Positions 1 through 13,880 of a stretch of DNA of 64,000 nucleotides are shown one piece after another. Source of the stretch: Bispira polyomma (Eukaryota); the NCBI GenBank assembly GCA_965649765.1, contig OZ287752.1, positions 19,964,001 through 20,028,000 on the forward strand. The letters run 5' to 3'. Each line of letters begins with the position of its first letter. Within the stretch, counting starts at the first letter, position 1. Made by a program: the position numbers and the translations under genes. The notes below the pieces were generated by a model. That model was not told the DNA's origin. It saw only the letters and a list, made by a program, of their open reading frames with translations, and did no database searches.

Positions 1-154
1 AGTGACAAAACCACATTCTCTTTAGAGCCCATCCCCTACATTTCCTTAAGTTTAAGTTAATAGCCCATGGGCTATTACGAGGGAGTTTAGGGTAAACTTC
101 CTGACAAACTTTTTATTGACTGAGACAGTCACTGTTCATGTAATAGAGTTTTAA

Positions 155-1406
155 GTGGATACTATGGATTAATAATCGTTACGCCGACGCCGCGTCAGTG
201 TGTGTAGAGATTTTACCATTACCGCTCTCCTGGAAAAACTTTCGCACCTAGGCTCCTGAAATTTACAGGAAATGTTCTTTATTACAAAACCTTGCCTGGG
301 AATAATTTTGGCCTCATTTTGACAAACAAGATGGCTGCCACGGGCGTTTGTTTGAAAATAATCAGGCATTTAACTGTGTATTTCTCAGCTGTAGAAGGTT
401 GAATCTCTTTACGGGTGATACGTTTAACGGTTAAATATGTCCTTTATAACCCCAAGTGACCGATTGTGGCAAAACTTTCCCAAAGTGCCTATATTTCGCT
501 TAATATTTGTCCTAGAGGTTTGGGATCTAAAACAAACCTATAGGAAATCATGAGCTGGGAATCTTTTCATGTGGTCCGATTTGACCTTGGGTCCCTCGTT
601 CAAGTTCAAATGCAGATGGCCAAACTTAAAAGTGCCTATATCTCGCTTAATATTGGTCCCAGAGGTTTGGAGTCCCAAACTAACTTATAGAAAATCATGG
701 GCTGGGAATCTTTTGATGTACTCAGATTTGACTTTGGGCCCCTCGTTCAAGAAAAAATGCGGATGGCCAAACTTAAAGGTTTCTATATCTCACTCATTCT
801 TGGTGTGACAGGTTTAGAGTGCCAAACCAATCTATAAAAAATCATGGGCTGGGAATCTTTTTATGTACTCAGATTTGACCTTGGGCCCCTCGATCAAGGC
901 CAAATGCAGATGGCCAAACTTAAAAGTGCCTATATCTTGCTTATTATTGGTCCTATAGGTTTCAAATATGAAACCAACCTGTACGAAATCAAGGCCTGGG
1001 AATCTTTTCATGTGGTCCGATTTGACCTTTGGCCCCTCGTTCAAGGTCAGTCTTCGTCAAACTTAAAAGTGCCTAAATTTCGCTTATTATTGGTCATACA
1101 GGTTTGGGATGTGAAACCAACCTATAGGAAATCATGGGCTGCTAATCTTATGCTGTGGTCAGATTTGACCTTGGATCCCTTGTGCAAGGTCAAACGGGTA
1201 GGCCAAACTTTAAAGTGCCTATCGCACACTTATTGGTCCCAAATGTTTGCAATGTGAAACCCACTTGTGCGATTTAAGGCAATCCTTGGCTTCTAGCTTG
1301 GGTGCTAGCTAGGGTGCTTCCCACCTAAGGTGCTTGTTACCTAGGGTGCTTTGTTTTTTTGGTGGCTACAAATATGCATTGGTTCTCCGATGCGCTAGGT
1401 CTAGTT
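155..1406 (+). mobile_element. Helentron-associated non-autonomous element (HINE/DINE-1-like), family A copy 1, with about 5-6 internal ~147-bp tandem monomers
   Basis: 5' box gtggatac...gttacgccgacgcc; repeated monomer aaacttaaaagtgcctatatctcgctta...gaaatcatgggctgggaatc...atttgaccttgggcccctcgttcaagg; 3' ggtggctaca (degenerate subTIR), hairpin tgcattgg..ccgatgcg and terminal ctagtt. Same layout at 15790, 46344 and 56571. Confidence 0.75.
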
Positions 1407-1576
1407 TACTCTTGTGTCATTTAAGAATGTTTTACATCTGTTATAATTTTGAGGATGGGCTAATTTTAGTCCTTGTTATGGTGCTATCATAAAGAAACAT
1501 CCATTTTAGCTTTAAGAATCTTAGACTGGACGTAAAAGTTCTATTCAGCATTCAGAAAAGATTTGTGAAAATGAGT

Positions 1577-2030
1577 AATGTGGCAGTCACACTGTCCAGT
1601 GTCCACATTTTGTAGGGTCGTTTCCTCCCAATGTAAAGAACGTATGTGGTCTGGAAACGTCTAACATCTGGGCATAAACTGGTGAGATCCGCAAGAACGG
1701 GAGTCAGAGCCGGAAATTTTGAACATGTTTAAAACCTCCATGGGTGGTCGTCTCTGAAAGCACATCTTGAGAGAACTTTAGGAAAGGGACATAAATGGGG
1801 CTTAAACTGCTTAGAACTTGTGTGATCTGGCCAGGACTTTGTAATTTGGTGTAATCTGGAGCAAACCTTACATGAACGTGTGCTGAACTGCTCAGATCTG
1901 GTCTGGTCTAGGCATACATTTGTACTGGTGAAATCTCATCAAAACTGGGCATATCCTAGGCATAAATGGGTAAAACAGCCTGTCAAAATTTTGCTTAAGT
2001 AGAGTTTTTTATCCTGGTTCCTTGAGGTTT
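1577..2030. mobile_element. Partial PIF/Harbinger-like MITE, inverted relative of 39120-39599
   Basis: Begins taa-tgtggcagtcacactgtcca. Internal ccggaaattttgaacatgtttaaaacctcc matches the reverse complement of ggaagttttgaacatgttcaaaatatccgg at ~39428. Right end not resolved. Confidence 0.5.
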
Positions 2031-4233
2031 TACTTAAAGGGCTGGGTTATTACTGTCGGGTAGTATATTGCCACGATTTCCAATTCTCATACACTAGCAT
2101 GGCCGTTAACCCGATCAGTTGTGTAATAACTTGTTCACATGTTTGGGCACATTTCACGGTGAAGAGTTTTAGGGTTGAACTCAAACAGAGAAATGCTATA
2201 CTCAGATATAATCATTTTGATGAACATAAAAAATGAAAGGTTAAAGCATTTGGGTATTATTGTTTAGGCATTAGGAGACCGTTCTGCATTCTTGGAATGA
2301 TTTTGGTGATGCACTACTCGAGGAATGACATGCAAGTTTGATTTCTGCTGCTCTGACTCCTCTCACCTTCAACTTTGGACCTTGCTTTTCAAAACATTAT
2401 CTTTGCTATCTCTCAAAAATACTTGTTGGATCTCTGTACTTACTATTTGGTATAAATATTTATAAAAGTTGTAGTCATGACATGATCTTTAGTTTGACTG
2501 TTTGAATCTTGTAGAAATATTATTATTTTAAAAAAAAATCAAAATATCAAATTTGAATAGCCATTTCTAGTAATTATGCATCACATTTAGAAACACATGA
2601 ATGGATACTGACTCGCGGATAGGATAATTACATGAAAATTTGTGGTATATAATAATCTATAGAAGTTTATAATAAAGAACATCTAGGTTTTATATAATAA
2701 ATACACTTTTGTTGCCCTTGTCTCAGTTTGTCAAACACACCATCAACGACTATAATACACGTATGAAAACTGGGACCAAAACTACAGAGTGCCTTCTTGG
2801 AGTAATCTGGCCATCGGGATATGACTAAATTCTGTTGAAAGCAACGTTTAAACTAAATTCAAGTCAACGCTTGCATAAATATATATATATATATATATAC
2901 AATTTCGTAGTCACATACACTTTATATTTATGTACACTTGGTGTATTTATTTTATGTTTTATAATTATTGTTTTAGATGTTCTAAAAATAGATATTAATT
3001 TAAGATTATATAAAACAATGTTGGTGTATTTATAATTAGAACAGTCCTGTATATACAGTCATGTACAAGAGCTTAAATAATCAGCTTTAGCTGTAAATAT
3101 GTATTTATGGGATGTTTAACTTTTACATGTGTGAATATGAGGAGAGCTTCTACCTAATCTGGTTAATTTGTAATGTACAATTTCAGATACTAATACAAAA
3201 GTTTTTTGTTCAAAACATCAACAATGATTTCATCATATAACCTATAATAATAAATATGTACTAAGCGGTCTCGGTAGGGCGGTTGAAACACAATCGCCTC
3301 CCGCGTATGCAGTTGTGCATTTAAAATCTGCCCCAGTATGTGTGTGGGAAATTTGTTGGTAGAGTTGTTGTGAAGGCTGGTGATTTCCTCCATCAAAATG
3401 TGAGGCTGAGAAAGTTCATATTTGGTACAAAGATTCCTTAGGGGGTGTAACTGTACAAACTGTCATGGTCTGATTTCACCCAAAGTCTGCAGGGTTTCGA
3501 AATGTTGATAGAATGTACTAGTTTTAAACAAATTTAGGAGGAATTCCACAATAACCAGGTACTTTAAAGACAACATAATTCATGAAATACAACATTGCAA
3601 ACAGGCCTAGAATCTAATGAACATAAAATTTAAATGTTATTCTGTACTTAGCTCGATAAACTAAGATATTTACCATTAGTCCCAAATTTATATATAAATG
3701 TACCAATTGATCTAAGCTGGACAAATTCATGTGTAAGTGTGCCAATTTATATATTCTGGGCAGTTAAAACTTCTCTGTATTGATGATGCACCAAATCTAA
3801 TATCTAACTTAATCTTTCATGAACTCCATGTTATGTCTGATATTATAGTGCACATGTTTGTATTAAGTGGTTGATTTTAATAACTTGCAGTGGTTTATAT
3901 AACATTATATAAATGTATAATATAAGATTTGTCGCTGTATGTATTTAACCTATGCTTTGCATTTAAGTTTTCTGTACTAAGACAGAACAAAAGTGTATTA
4001 ATTTAAATAAGTAAACTTGAGCGCTGTCGTTGAATAATTCAGTGGTCCAGAAAATACAAGTAAGGGTACTTAATAAACAAGATTACCATTTTACTAGGAT
4101 AAAGAATGTACAACAGGAGAGGTGCAGTTGGGACCTTAAATCTACCTGAATGTTTAAAGGGACTTAAAGGAATCAGAATTGTATGTAAATATCTTTAACT
4201 AGCTGGTTCCTCAAGAATAAAAAGTTATTTCAG

Positions 4234-4258
4234 AAACAGTAACATGAAACCTACACAG
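4234..4258 (+). CDS. Candidate upstream exon of the microexon gene (NSN-MKPTQ)
   Basis: ttatttcag|AAACAGTAACATGAAACCTACACAG|gtaaat. Good splice sites, ATG at 4244, ends in phase 0. Linkage to downstream exons is inferred. Confidence 0.35.
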
Positions 4259-5882
4259 GTAAATAAGAATGAATAATTGCATGTCGGAGTCTATTACTCT
4301 GTTAATAATATGGCAATCTGCACACTACAAAGTTAAACTGTTTTTCAAAAGCAAGTACGCTTTGTAGTCAGAATAGAACCTAAAATTGACTTGTAGGGTG
4401 AGGGATTGGGAATGTGCAAAAATTTTAATTAAATACAACAGCTTTAACAAGACATTTTAAAGGGACCATGTTTTAGTTATGAACTGACATTGACACAATA
4501 AAAGAAGTAAAAGGTAGTTACATACAGTCTGCATTTAAAATCTCGATATCATTAGCAATGTATACAGTCTGGAAATCTGGTTAAAGGATATATACAATAA
4601 TTTGACAGGAGATCTAGTCAATCCAGGCAAAATCTTAACAATGGTAATACGATTGAAATGCCTTTTTCCATAGAACTGAACTTGTAAATAATGCACTTCT
4701 ATATTGAGGAGTATGACGATTACACCAGATTTAATGAAGTATCAGAACACATTGGCATCCACTGATGTGTGAGTTAATCGTCAGTCCATATGGGGGTAGT
4801 TCTGTACCTATACACACATACCATACAAGTGTAAATCTCAGCTGTAAGGAAATTTCACTGAAATAACAATTTTTAACAAAGTTCACTGGAATTAAGTATC
4901 AATTTAGGCTACTTTTATGTTAAAATGTCAATATACAAACTTCGTATTTTCACTGTGAAGTATGTTTCCCTGTCCCAAATCTTCATTAGTAAAAATAGCT
5001 CAAATTATTTCTGGGTAAAATTTCCACTGATATGGTATATAGACTGACATTTAGGTTAATCTATGAAAGGGGGGAAAAAGTCTAGCCAGAAAAAAAAGTG
5101 GAACGCTTAACTACAATATGTAGTTAATGCTATTTTGTGTATACGTGCTGTTGTCAACAATTTTTTTTTTTTTTGGTGGTGTATCGAACACGTTTATGGT
5201 ATGAATAAACTACCTCTAGTACATAAGCAAACAGTCGTTTCTGAAAGATATATAAAAAAAACATAACTTTGATCAAATCATACGTGTACAATGTACCTAA
5301 TTACAGAGAAGCCCTGTATTTGTATTGTTGTTCATACCCCACCTTATGTAATACTAAAACAGTCCCATAACTTATATGTGTTTGTTAATTATTTTATTTT
5401 CTATCTAATGGTTAACGTTCTTTTTGATCGCTTAGTTAATGGATACCTTGTAATTTTCAGCGGCTTAATAAATTGATGTTATAAAAAAAAATATGTTTTT
5501 TTCTTTGATTGTTTTCTGCTTGGCCCCTGCTAATGGTACAACTGCAGTAAATATTACACCACACTGACTAATCAGTCTGCTCAGCAAGGATATATTGTGT
5601 GTAATAAATACTCTGTATCTAAGAACTGTATATCCCCCCCCCCCCCCCCCCCTCACAAAAAAAAAAAAATCTACAACATATACTAAACTCAAGTGTTTGT
5701 GTATTTATGACAGTTTGGTTGCTTACTATGTCCCTCATATTATAATTTTGCCTGGTGATTAGGATGTTGTGGCACTTTGAGTTCACCTGGACAGAAGATT
5801 TAGCACCTTAAGAATGACTACATTAGATTAGATTAGATCTTTGTTGGTGCATGCCAATGCATGACCTTACTAAGGGTTTTTA

Positions 5883-7765
5883 ATAGTAAACGAGGCTAAA
5901 GTTTACCGCAGAAATTCTGGATCACAGATGCACGTCTTAGCAGTTCGCGTGACCGTGTGTGAATGATTTGTATTGAATCATATATCCATGTAACCTAGGT
6001 GAGATGACCCCTGAACCAATGAATTTGAAGATTTGCACTGGTGGACAGGCGTAACTAAGGCCTTTGTGATGTCACTGTATTGTGATGTCATGATGGTTGT
6101 GACATCACGGACAGTGTAATGGGCTTATATTAGATTTAATGCCATAAACCAATATTGGGTATTCCAATATGGGTAAAAATTACACGGTTCGCCGGAGAGG
6201 CTCGTCAGACGCATTAGAACTAAAATTATCTGTTTAGTGGTCAAGTATAGGTTGACCTTAGTGGTGGTAATTCCTGGATTGGGAATATTTTATGTTAATT
6301 TGATAGTCATTGTAAACATAATTTTTGGGTTGGTGATGTCCCATAACCACTTTAACTCTAAGTGAGTTCCTCTACTTATCAAGCTAGTAGTATAAGCAGG
6401 TCTAGATTAAGTGAGGTGATTGGGGTAATAGAAGGATTGGAGTTAGTGTCCACTCAAGATTAGTAGGTGTAGAGTCACTAGGTTACATTTGAATACCAAG
6501 CCTGGTGGGGTATGGTGATGGCTGGTCTACTCCATGGGTCGTTGTTGATAATTTTTTGAAACGTGGCAAAGGACCTATGGGTTAGACCTGGGTTTTATTC
6601 CTGTATGTTGAGACCCTGAGGTGCATTGGTTCTAAATCTGTGTTGCCAATGCCTTTCGATTTTCCTCCTGATGTTGAGGGCCTGAGGGCTTAAAGGGTGG
6701 GCATGGATAAAGTCGACAATGTGGATTTCAATGTCCTCTAGTCCATGGTGGTCGGGGAGATTAAAGTGTTGACCAATGGTGTCCCTTGAGTTTTTAGACG
6801 TGATGTTATAGAAGTGACCTTGGAATCTATCCATTAGTCATCTTTTAGTTTGCCTGACATACTGTAGCTTGCAGGTTTTGCAGGTGATACAATATATTAG
6901 ATTACCACTCTTGCAGCCCACTCTAATTTTTGTGGAGTAACTACGACTAGTGTAGGTGCTGATTATCCGGCCAGACGGATTTAGTCTTGGGCAATACCTA
7001 CATGTTTTGGTATTACATGGAAATTCATGAGCTACTGGGCCATCACGGGTTGGTTTTGGCTTAGGTGGGTAATCAACTTTGGCTTTTACAAGGATGTCCT
7101 TGAGATTCTCATTGCGTCTGTAGCCAAAAATGACTTTTTTATCATGTAGGTGTTTAGTGTCATTAGATCTTGTGAGAAAATCCCAGTTTTTGGCAACAAT
7201 CTCTTTCAGTCCGCCCCATTGTGGTTGGTAGGTTGTGATTAGGAAGAGATTTATGTTGGGTTTAGCCTGCTCCTTATTATGTGATTCTAAAGGTTTATCA
7301 CGATCCTGCCTACGTGCTAGGATAAGGGCTTCTTCAATGAGGTCCTGTGGGTAGCCTCTTCTTTTGAAGTGGTGGGCTAGGGTGATAAAATGTTTGTCAA
7401 AATATTCTATCGAAGAACATATGCGACGGACCCTTAGAAATTGGCTATAGGGTAAACTGGTCTTACAGTTCTTGGTGTGCGCAGAGGTATATAGCAGATA
7501 GTTGTGTGAATCTGTGGGTTTGCTATACAAGTCCACATCCAGTGCCCCCTCTTTGTTGAGGTAAACAGTGGTGTCAAGGAAATTTACTGAAATTTCCGAG
7601 ATTTCAGCCGTGAACTTGATGGTTTCGTGGCATGAATTTAAATGTTTTATGAAGGCTTCTAAAGTGGGTTTGCCTTCAGTCCATACCATAAAGATATCAT
7701 CTAAAAATCTCAGCCAAACAAGTGGTTGTGTTGGGTAATTATATACATGGGTTTCCTCAAAGTTA
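5883..7765 (-). mobile_element. 5'-truncated Penelope-like retroelement (Neptune-type) with RT C-terminus, Cys linker and GIY-YIG endonuclease
   Basis: ORF 6838-7773 has WLRFLDDIF, VNFLDTTV, LYSKPTD, SQFLRVRRICS, linker CNTKTCRYC and NLIYCITCKTCKLQYVRQTKR. It continues in frame in ORF 6595-6834 (GQHFNLPDH, IERHWQHRFRTNAPQGLN). Flanked by direct repeat cttacYaagggttttta at 5866-5882 and 7766-7782. Confidence 0.92.
6181..6212 (-). ncRNA. Degenerate hammerhead-ribozyme-like core in the Penelope 3' region
   Basis: Minus strand reads CTGACGA-GCC-tctcc-GGC-GAA(C), i.e. the CUGANGA box, a G-C-closed stem II and GAA. The fourth A of GAAA is C and stem I pairing is not evident. Confidence 0.4.
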
Positions 7766-7773
7766 CTTACCAA
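6595..7773 (-). pseudogene. Penelope RT/GIY-YIG ORF remnant with an in-frame TGA at 6838-6840
   Basis: Two ORF-track segments in the same frame, separated by a single stop within the GIY-YIG domain (QTKR*LMDRF). N-terminal RT motifs are missing. Confidence 0.9.
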
Positions 7774-8850
7774 GGGTTTTTAGTATGCCTTCATAACTAA
7801 ATAAACAGTCTCAAAGTATAATTGGTGTAAATTAAATTTATTCATTATAGTGACCTGTATATAAACCTAGACAACTTACAATAATTGTAGAACAGATACA
7901 ATACACCCAGCCCGCCAGAGAGCTTATAGGTCACTTTAAAGTGATACAATCAATAAGGCGTGTGGTAATACAGAAAATGTAGAGAAAATATAGTTATTAA
8001 TTTACTTTTAAGAATATATAGCCGATCTTACAAATGTCTCGTTTACATTGTACTGAAATTCTTTTTTTTTCTCCCTTTTCTTCATTAGTCTGGTGTTGTA
8101 CACACATATATATATATCTGCCAGTCAAGTACACCATTTATTCCAACTAAAGTTTAGTTATGTAAAGTGAGAAAAAAAACTCTTGGCGTTTTATGTGATT
8201 AAATCTTTAAGTAGGAGTCTCCCCTATATGTGTGTAAGGAGAGATTATTTGTAATCTTCTTTAAGGAATCGGTGCCTTCATGCAGAGGAAGAAGTCTCAC
8301 TTTACCAGTTGTGTTAAAATTGACCCACCCTTTAATTGTAAAAGTACATTATGTTTCACAACATATTTAAAGTTTTTTAAACACATAAATGGGTGTGTCT
8401 AAAAATGACTAAATTTATTGATGTTCACAAAGACCTGGTGACAGGGCACGATAATATACTATAAATAAAATATAGTCTGCGTGGTTTACCAAGTGGAACT
8501 TTGGGTGGGTATTTGTGTGACAAAAGTCCACATTTTATTTGTTTTCAGGGGGAAGTCTTTGTATCAAAAATATATATAGTCACACACCCACACCCCCCCC
8601 CCCCCCCTCTAAATTAGAACTCTGATATGTGGAAGTATCTGTTATAGTAGAAATCCCATTGCTGCATTATCATTAAAATTAACCCTTTAAGGTTTAATTT
8701 CTGTTAAGTAGAACAAATTTATATGGTCCCTTCAGAGTCTCCCATAGTTAATGGTGCTCTACTGTATTTATATACCAGTACATACATGTATGCAAAAGAT
8801 TCATTATAAGGTTTTGAAACACAATATTTAAGTGAGATTATTTCTTTCAG

Positions 8851-8863
8851 GTGCAGAACATAG
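8851..8863 (+). CDS. Candidate 13-nt microexon (VQNI), phase 0 to 1
   Basis: tttctttcag|GTGCAGAACATAG|gttata. Strong acceptor, weak donor. The phase bridges 4258 to the phase-1 array. Confidence 0.25.
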
Positions 8864-11663
8864 GTTATATTACTGATCTTTCTTATTAAATCATTTTACA
8901 AGTGCGTATAAGAGTGCAATGGCCGTAAAATGTCAAGTATTTACATTTGACTTGGCTACCAGGGAGTACTTTCTACATTGACAAATGGGGACAAACTCTT
9001 GTGTACACAAACAGTCCCTAGAGACAAGACAATTACAAACGGTCCTATTGATTAGTGGAATGTAGTCTTTAAAGCATTGACTACCTGTAGTTAGTTCTCC
9101 ATATCTGTATGTTTTTCCTGTACAGCCTGTGTGCATTTCTCGTACATTACACTACTTATACATGTATATAATAATGAAATGAAAAAATAATAAAATATGA
9201 CATTTCTTATGGCACACTTACGCAACATGGGGTCATTTCTAATGCACTTCCCCATAGGCAGCCAATATAGGTGCTGATGTTTGCTTAAACATGGACATTT
9301 ATCAATGGCCCCAAGGATCTTTAATCTGTCCCTGGTACTTTATGACAGGGTCACTATTTTAAGTGGTATTTCGAACCACTAGGTTATCCCACCAAATGAA
9401 AGTAGCGCTAGTAGAACCTCTATCACCAGAACTTCTATTTTCTAAACATATTCCATTTTCTGAACAAGTTTCCAATCTCTTAAATTTATCTCCCCCCTAT
9501 CTTTCTCTTCTACTTCATAAAACCTTCTATTATCCCAACAAACTCTCTCCCAACATATTTAGATAATGACAAAGGTTTGTACTGTACATGTAAATATTGT
9601 TTCAAAATGCGTGTCCACCGGAGTAATTGTGCCATTGAAAAATGTGTCAAAATAAAGGCATAATCGAGAAATGTTAGATTTCATGCTAAATATTTTGTTC
9701 CACCACAGTAATACAATGGGGTTTAGAGGGCGCGGGGGTGGAGGGAGGTGACTTGTACCATTACGGACACAAATCTAAGGGAAGTGGATCGGTTGCTTAC
9801 CTTGTTTTTGCTTTAAAGGGTCAAAACAGATATGGAAAAGACATCTCCAGTTACGCCTGATTATCTCCTGTCGATATTGTTAAACTAAAGTGTGCTGTAT
9901 AAGCTCAATAAGAGATTGATCTATACTTGTTTTGTGGTTGATTTTAAAACCCCTCAATACTTGTAATAGCTGAAAAGTATATGATATACAGTGTACATGT
10001 TCTTGTAGTAGCAGAAATGTATATCATAAAAATGTATCAATTATTATAAGGAACAAATTATATCCTGTAATGAAGTCATTTTGGGGCATGTGACAGCTTG
10101 ATTAGAAAAAAAACATGAATTTAGAAAAAAAATTACTTGTAATATTAGTGGTGCATGATAAACTTTTGATTAAAAAAAGAAAAAAACAAACTAAGAAAGT
10201 AGTTCAGACTGATTTAAAACTTTTAATAAACACAATATAATTGAATGGAAAAGTTCTATAAAAAGCATTCTGACCTCATATATTGTAAATTTAGACTTTA
10301 TTATTTACTATTATTTTAGTCTTCCTTCTAATACTTCTACACATTTAAGATAGGTGGCAGCACATTCTTGTTACTTACCTGTGGTAGAACGAGGAAGTTT
10401 AAAACCTTGTTATTTATATGCTCTAAACTATTGACTGTGTAAACTGAGGCAGAAAATTAAGTGGACAATGTATTGAATAAGAATCGTGACTTGTGTGCCT
10501 TAGCCTCATTACCCATACACAGTGGTGTTGCTATTTAGAAAATTGCGTCATTGGTATGAATTATGCAGGAAGTTAGAAACAAGTGCTAAGTATAAACCAG
10601 TTTAGAATGCTAATTTATAGTTTATTAAAAAATCCCTCATAAAATTTACCTTGAAGGTTTGATGTTTTCTCTGCCTGTGATTCTTTATATCAGAAAATCA
10701 GTAGCAAAGTAATATGTCAATTAGGTAATACCATAAAATAAACACTTATAATATATAATCTGGATAAATTTTACCCCCAAAAAGTTGATCTTTAAAGATG
10801 ACACATCTTAATCCCTAGGAGTTATATCAAGCTCATTTGCAGTATTAAGGCGTGTTTAGCTACCGGTAACAAGGAATTGTGGGGAATTTTTGTAAAGCTT
10901 CAGTAAATTAGGTCAGTGTGTCTACGAGTTTGTACCCTTAAATGTCTTGTTTATGTCAACCATACTGGAGATTAAGAGTAAAGTAACTACTGGAGAACTC
11001 TGTGAAGTTAAAAAAAACCTCCCTCCCCTCCCCAAAAAATGTATATATTTTGCACGATATTAAAGAGCACTTATTAGTGTGATGCACTGCTTTTAACAAT
11101 GTGTTTATTTGATTTACACAGTCCTAATGAATAAATTGGTATTTGCTGTAATAAAGACACACACAAGTTTACATACAGGTCTTTCCATTTTCTCTATATA
11201 TCGGGCACCGTTATCATAGCCACCTATATAGGCATAAATATGCTTCCTTATGACTTGTATAGGGGACATTTTATTAATACAAAAGTAGATCTGAATCATA
11301 CGACTACAAATTCCCAGGTGTTCTTCCCCCCAATGTAACACACAGGTGTTAGATCAGGGTCTACCCAATCATTTCTGTGTGTTTGTATGTAAATTATTAG
11401 GCGTCTTTTGAAAATATTAGGAAGAAATGTGATACAATCTAATAGTCTAAAGTATATTACTAATCTTGTCTAAATATATAAATTGCAAAATAAAGACATT
11501 TGAGCTTAAAGTGTGATGTTTTGTTGTGTTTTAAAAGTAAACAAATATACTAATGTATTTAACATAAATAAAAACAAATGTGAAACTAGGTTTGGCCTTT
11601 GTCCATTTTTCCCCCAGACACCAAGTAGCTAGGATGTAGTTTTTGCTATATATTGTTCACTAG

Positions 11664-11675
11664 GCAATAACACAG
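11664..11675 (+). CDS. Candidate 12-nt symmetric microexon (GNNT)
   Basis: tattgttcactag|GCAATAACACAG|gtatga. Ends in ACAG like most array exons and encodes an N-x-T sequon. Confidence 0.35.
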
Positions 11676-12729
11676 GTATGAGCGAGTATCACCTGATCTA
11701 TACAATGTCCCGTCCAATGAAAGCTAAGCTCACACCCAGGAAAAAGGTTTGGGGGAATTCCCAGTAAATGTGGAGTTATATAATTATAGTGCACAGGAGT
11801 GACATCTAGAGGGAAATATGTTAATTATTCCATGATGATACATGTCTTGTGCCAAATGATTTGATTGCATACAAGTTATGTGTGCTCCCGGATTTGTCGG
11901 CTTTTGTCCCGGGAAGTAAAATAAAACTCCCAGATGTATTGTAACATTTACTTGACTGACGTAATTGCACTTCTATGTATATAAATAGAATATATTGCCA
12001 TGTACAGTATATATGTTATAAATAATCCTCTCATTAAACCTACACACACCATTTTTGTCATGATTAATGTCAAAACATATTGAGAAATAAAAAATAATTT
12101 ATGCTACCTATTGTGCTAGATGTGGCCCAGTAAATATTACATGAACATTAAAGATATCAAATCTTTGGTTAATACGTTGTTAGTAAAAAACCACTTAACA
12201 CTTTTTTTTTTAATCGAGTATCAGTTTGGAATATTTTGACCAAGTTAAAGATTTCACTTTAAAACTTCTCCGAGACAGTTGAGACAATTCAGACACAAAT
12301 GTTAAGTGACTTTCAAAGTGACAACATGAAAGTCACTAATCCATTTTGTTACCTACTCTTGTTGTTTTGTAAAATTAATATAAAATATCCTAATTATAAA
12401 GATTTTTAAATACACGAGTTATTGTTACTTAAATGTAAATGCAGACTGTTATTTCTTTATCATAATATCATAATTAGTAATAATAAGTTCAACATAATGC
12501 AGATTATTGAAACATAAATAAAATAATACTAAATGTCGCAGGATAAAAATCTTTAAAAATATTAATTGGGAAACGTAGATTTTCTTTTGTTGTGGAAAAT
12601 AATAAAGACAGTCTTACATAGGCTTTTTCTGTACTTTAAAAATCTACACATTTAAGTGGAAATTTGACCTTAGTAGAGTTATTGTCATGGTCCCCTAAAG
12701 TTTGACTTATTTGGGTACAGTTATATTAA

Positions 12730-13880
12730 TTTAAAGAAAAGTATTGTAAATATTATCACCAAATTATATATGGTTGGCATGGATTTTGGACCCACTTAAA
12801 AAACAAGATGGCCGCCATAGTAAAAATCGTGAAAACTTTTTTCAAGATTGCCACCATTGGCAATATCATAGGAACGGTTTACGCTCATTTTAAGGAGAAA
12901 TATTGCAAATATCATCACAAAATTATATATGGAGGTGTATTAGGTTAGTAGCTTTCTTGGTGGGTTTTTGGACCCATTTTAAAAACCAAGATGGTCGCCA
13001 TGGCCAATATCATAAAAACCATTTCCGCTTGGATTTTATGGAGAACTATTGCAGATGTCATCAACAAATTAATCATGAAGGTGTAATACGTCAATAGCTT
13101 TCTTGGTATTGATTTTGGACCCGTTTCCAAAATAAAGATGGCCGCTATCTACAAAATCTTGAAAACAGTTTTGGGCCATATCCAAAATACAAGATGGCCA
13201 CCATGGACAATATTATAAAAACGGTTACTGCTCATTTTAAGGAGAACTATTGCACATATCATCACCAAATTATATATGGGGGTATAATAGGTTAGTAGCT
13301 TGCTTGACATTAATTTTGGACCCGTTTCAAAACTAAGTTGGCTACTAGCGGCGAAGTCTTGAAAACCGTTTTGGCTCATTTTATGGAGAATTATTGCAGA
13401 TGTCATACTAAATTTTAAATGGAGGTATATTAGGTCAGTAGTTTGGTTGGTATTGATTTTTGGCCTGTTTAAAAAAACCAAGATGGCCACCATCGGTGAA
13501 ATCATGAAAACTGTTTCAGCTCATTTTAAGAACTATCGCCATTATCTTCACCAAATTATATATGGAGGTGTAATAGGTCAGTCGCTTGCTTGGTATTGAT
13601 TTTGGGCCAGTTTAACAAAACAAGATGGCCACCGGAATCATGAAAACACGGTTCATGCTAATTTTGAGGAGAAACATTGCAGTTGTCGTCACCAAATTTT
13701 ATATGGTGGTGTATTAGGTCAATAGCTTGCTTGGTATTGATTTGGGGTCTGTTTAAAAAATGTCTACTGTCACCGAAAGCATGAAAACTGTTTTCACTTA
13801 TTTGAAGGAGAACTAGGTCAGATATCAGTACAGGCTTTTGTTGTATAGTTCATAAAAATATCAATGGGGGTACAAGTGCC
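12730..13880 (+). repeat. Array-bearing interspersed element, family B (about 8 degenerate ~125-130-bp monomers)
   Basis: Recurring caccaaattatatatggaggtgta.taggtca.tagc.tgcttggtattgattttgg...aaaacaagatggccgcc...gctcatttt. Related array at 24780-25390. Confidence 0.7.

Noticed and set aside
569-1257. ORFs in the 147-bp arrays (also 16064-16954 and 46950-47178)
   Set aside because: Chance open frames in tandem monomers of a non-autonomous element, with no Rep/helicase motifs.
10320-10353. 34-nt AG/GT-bounded segment
   Set aside because: Stops in all three frames and the donor is weak.
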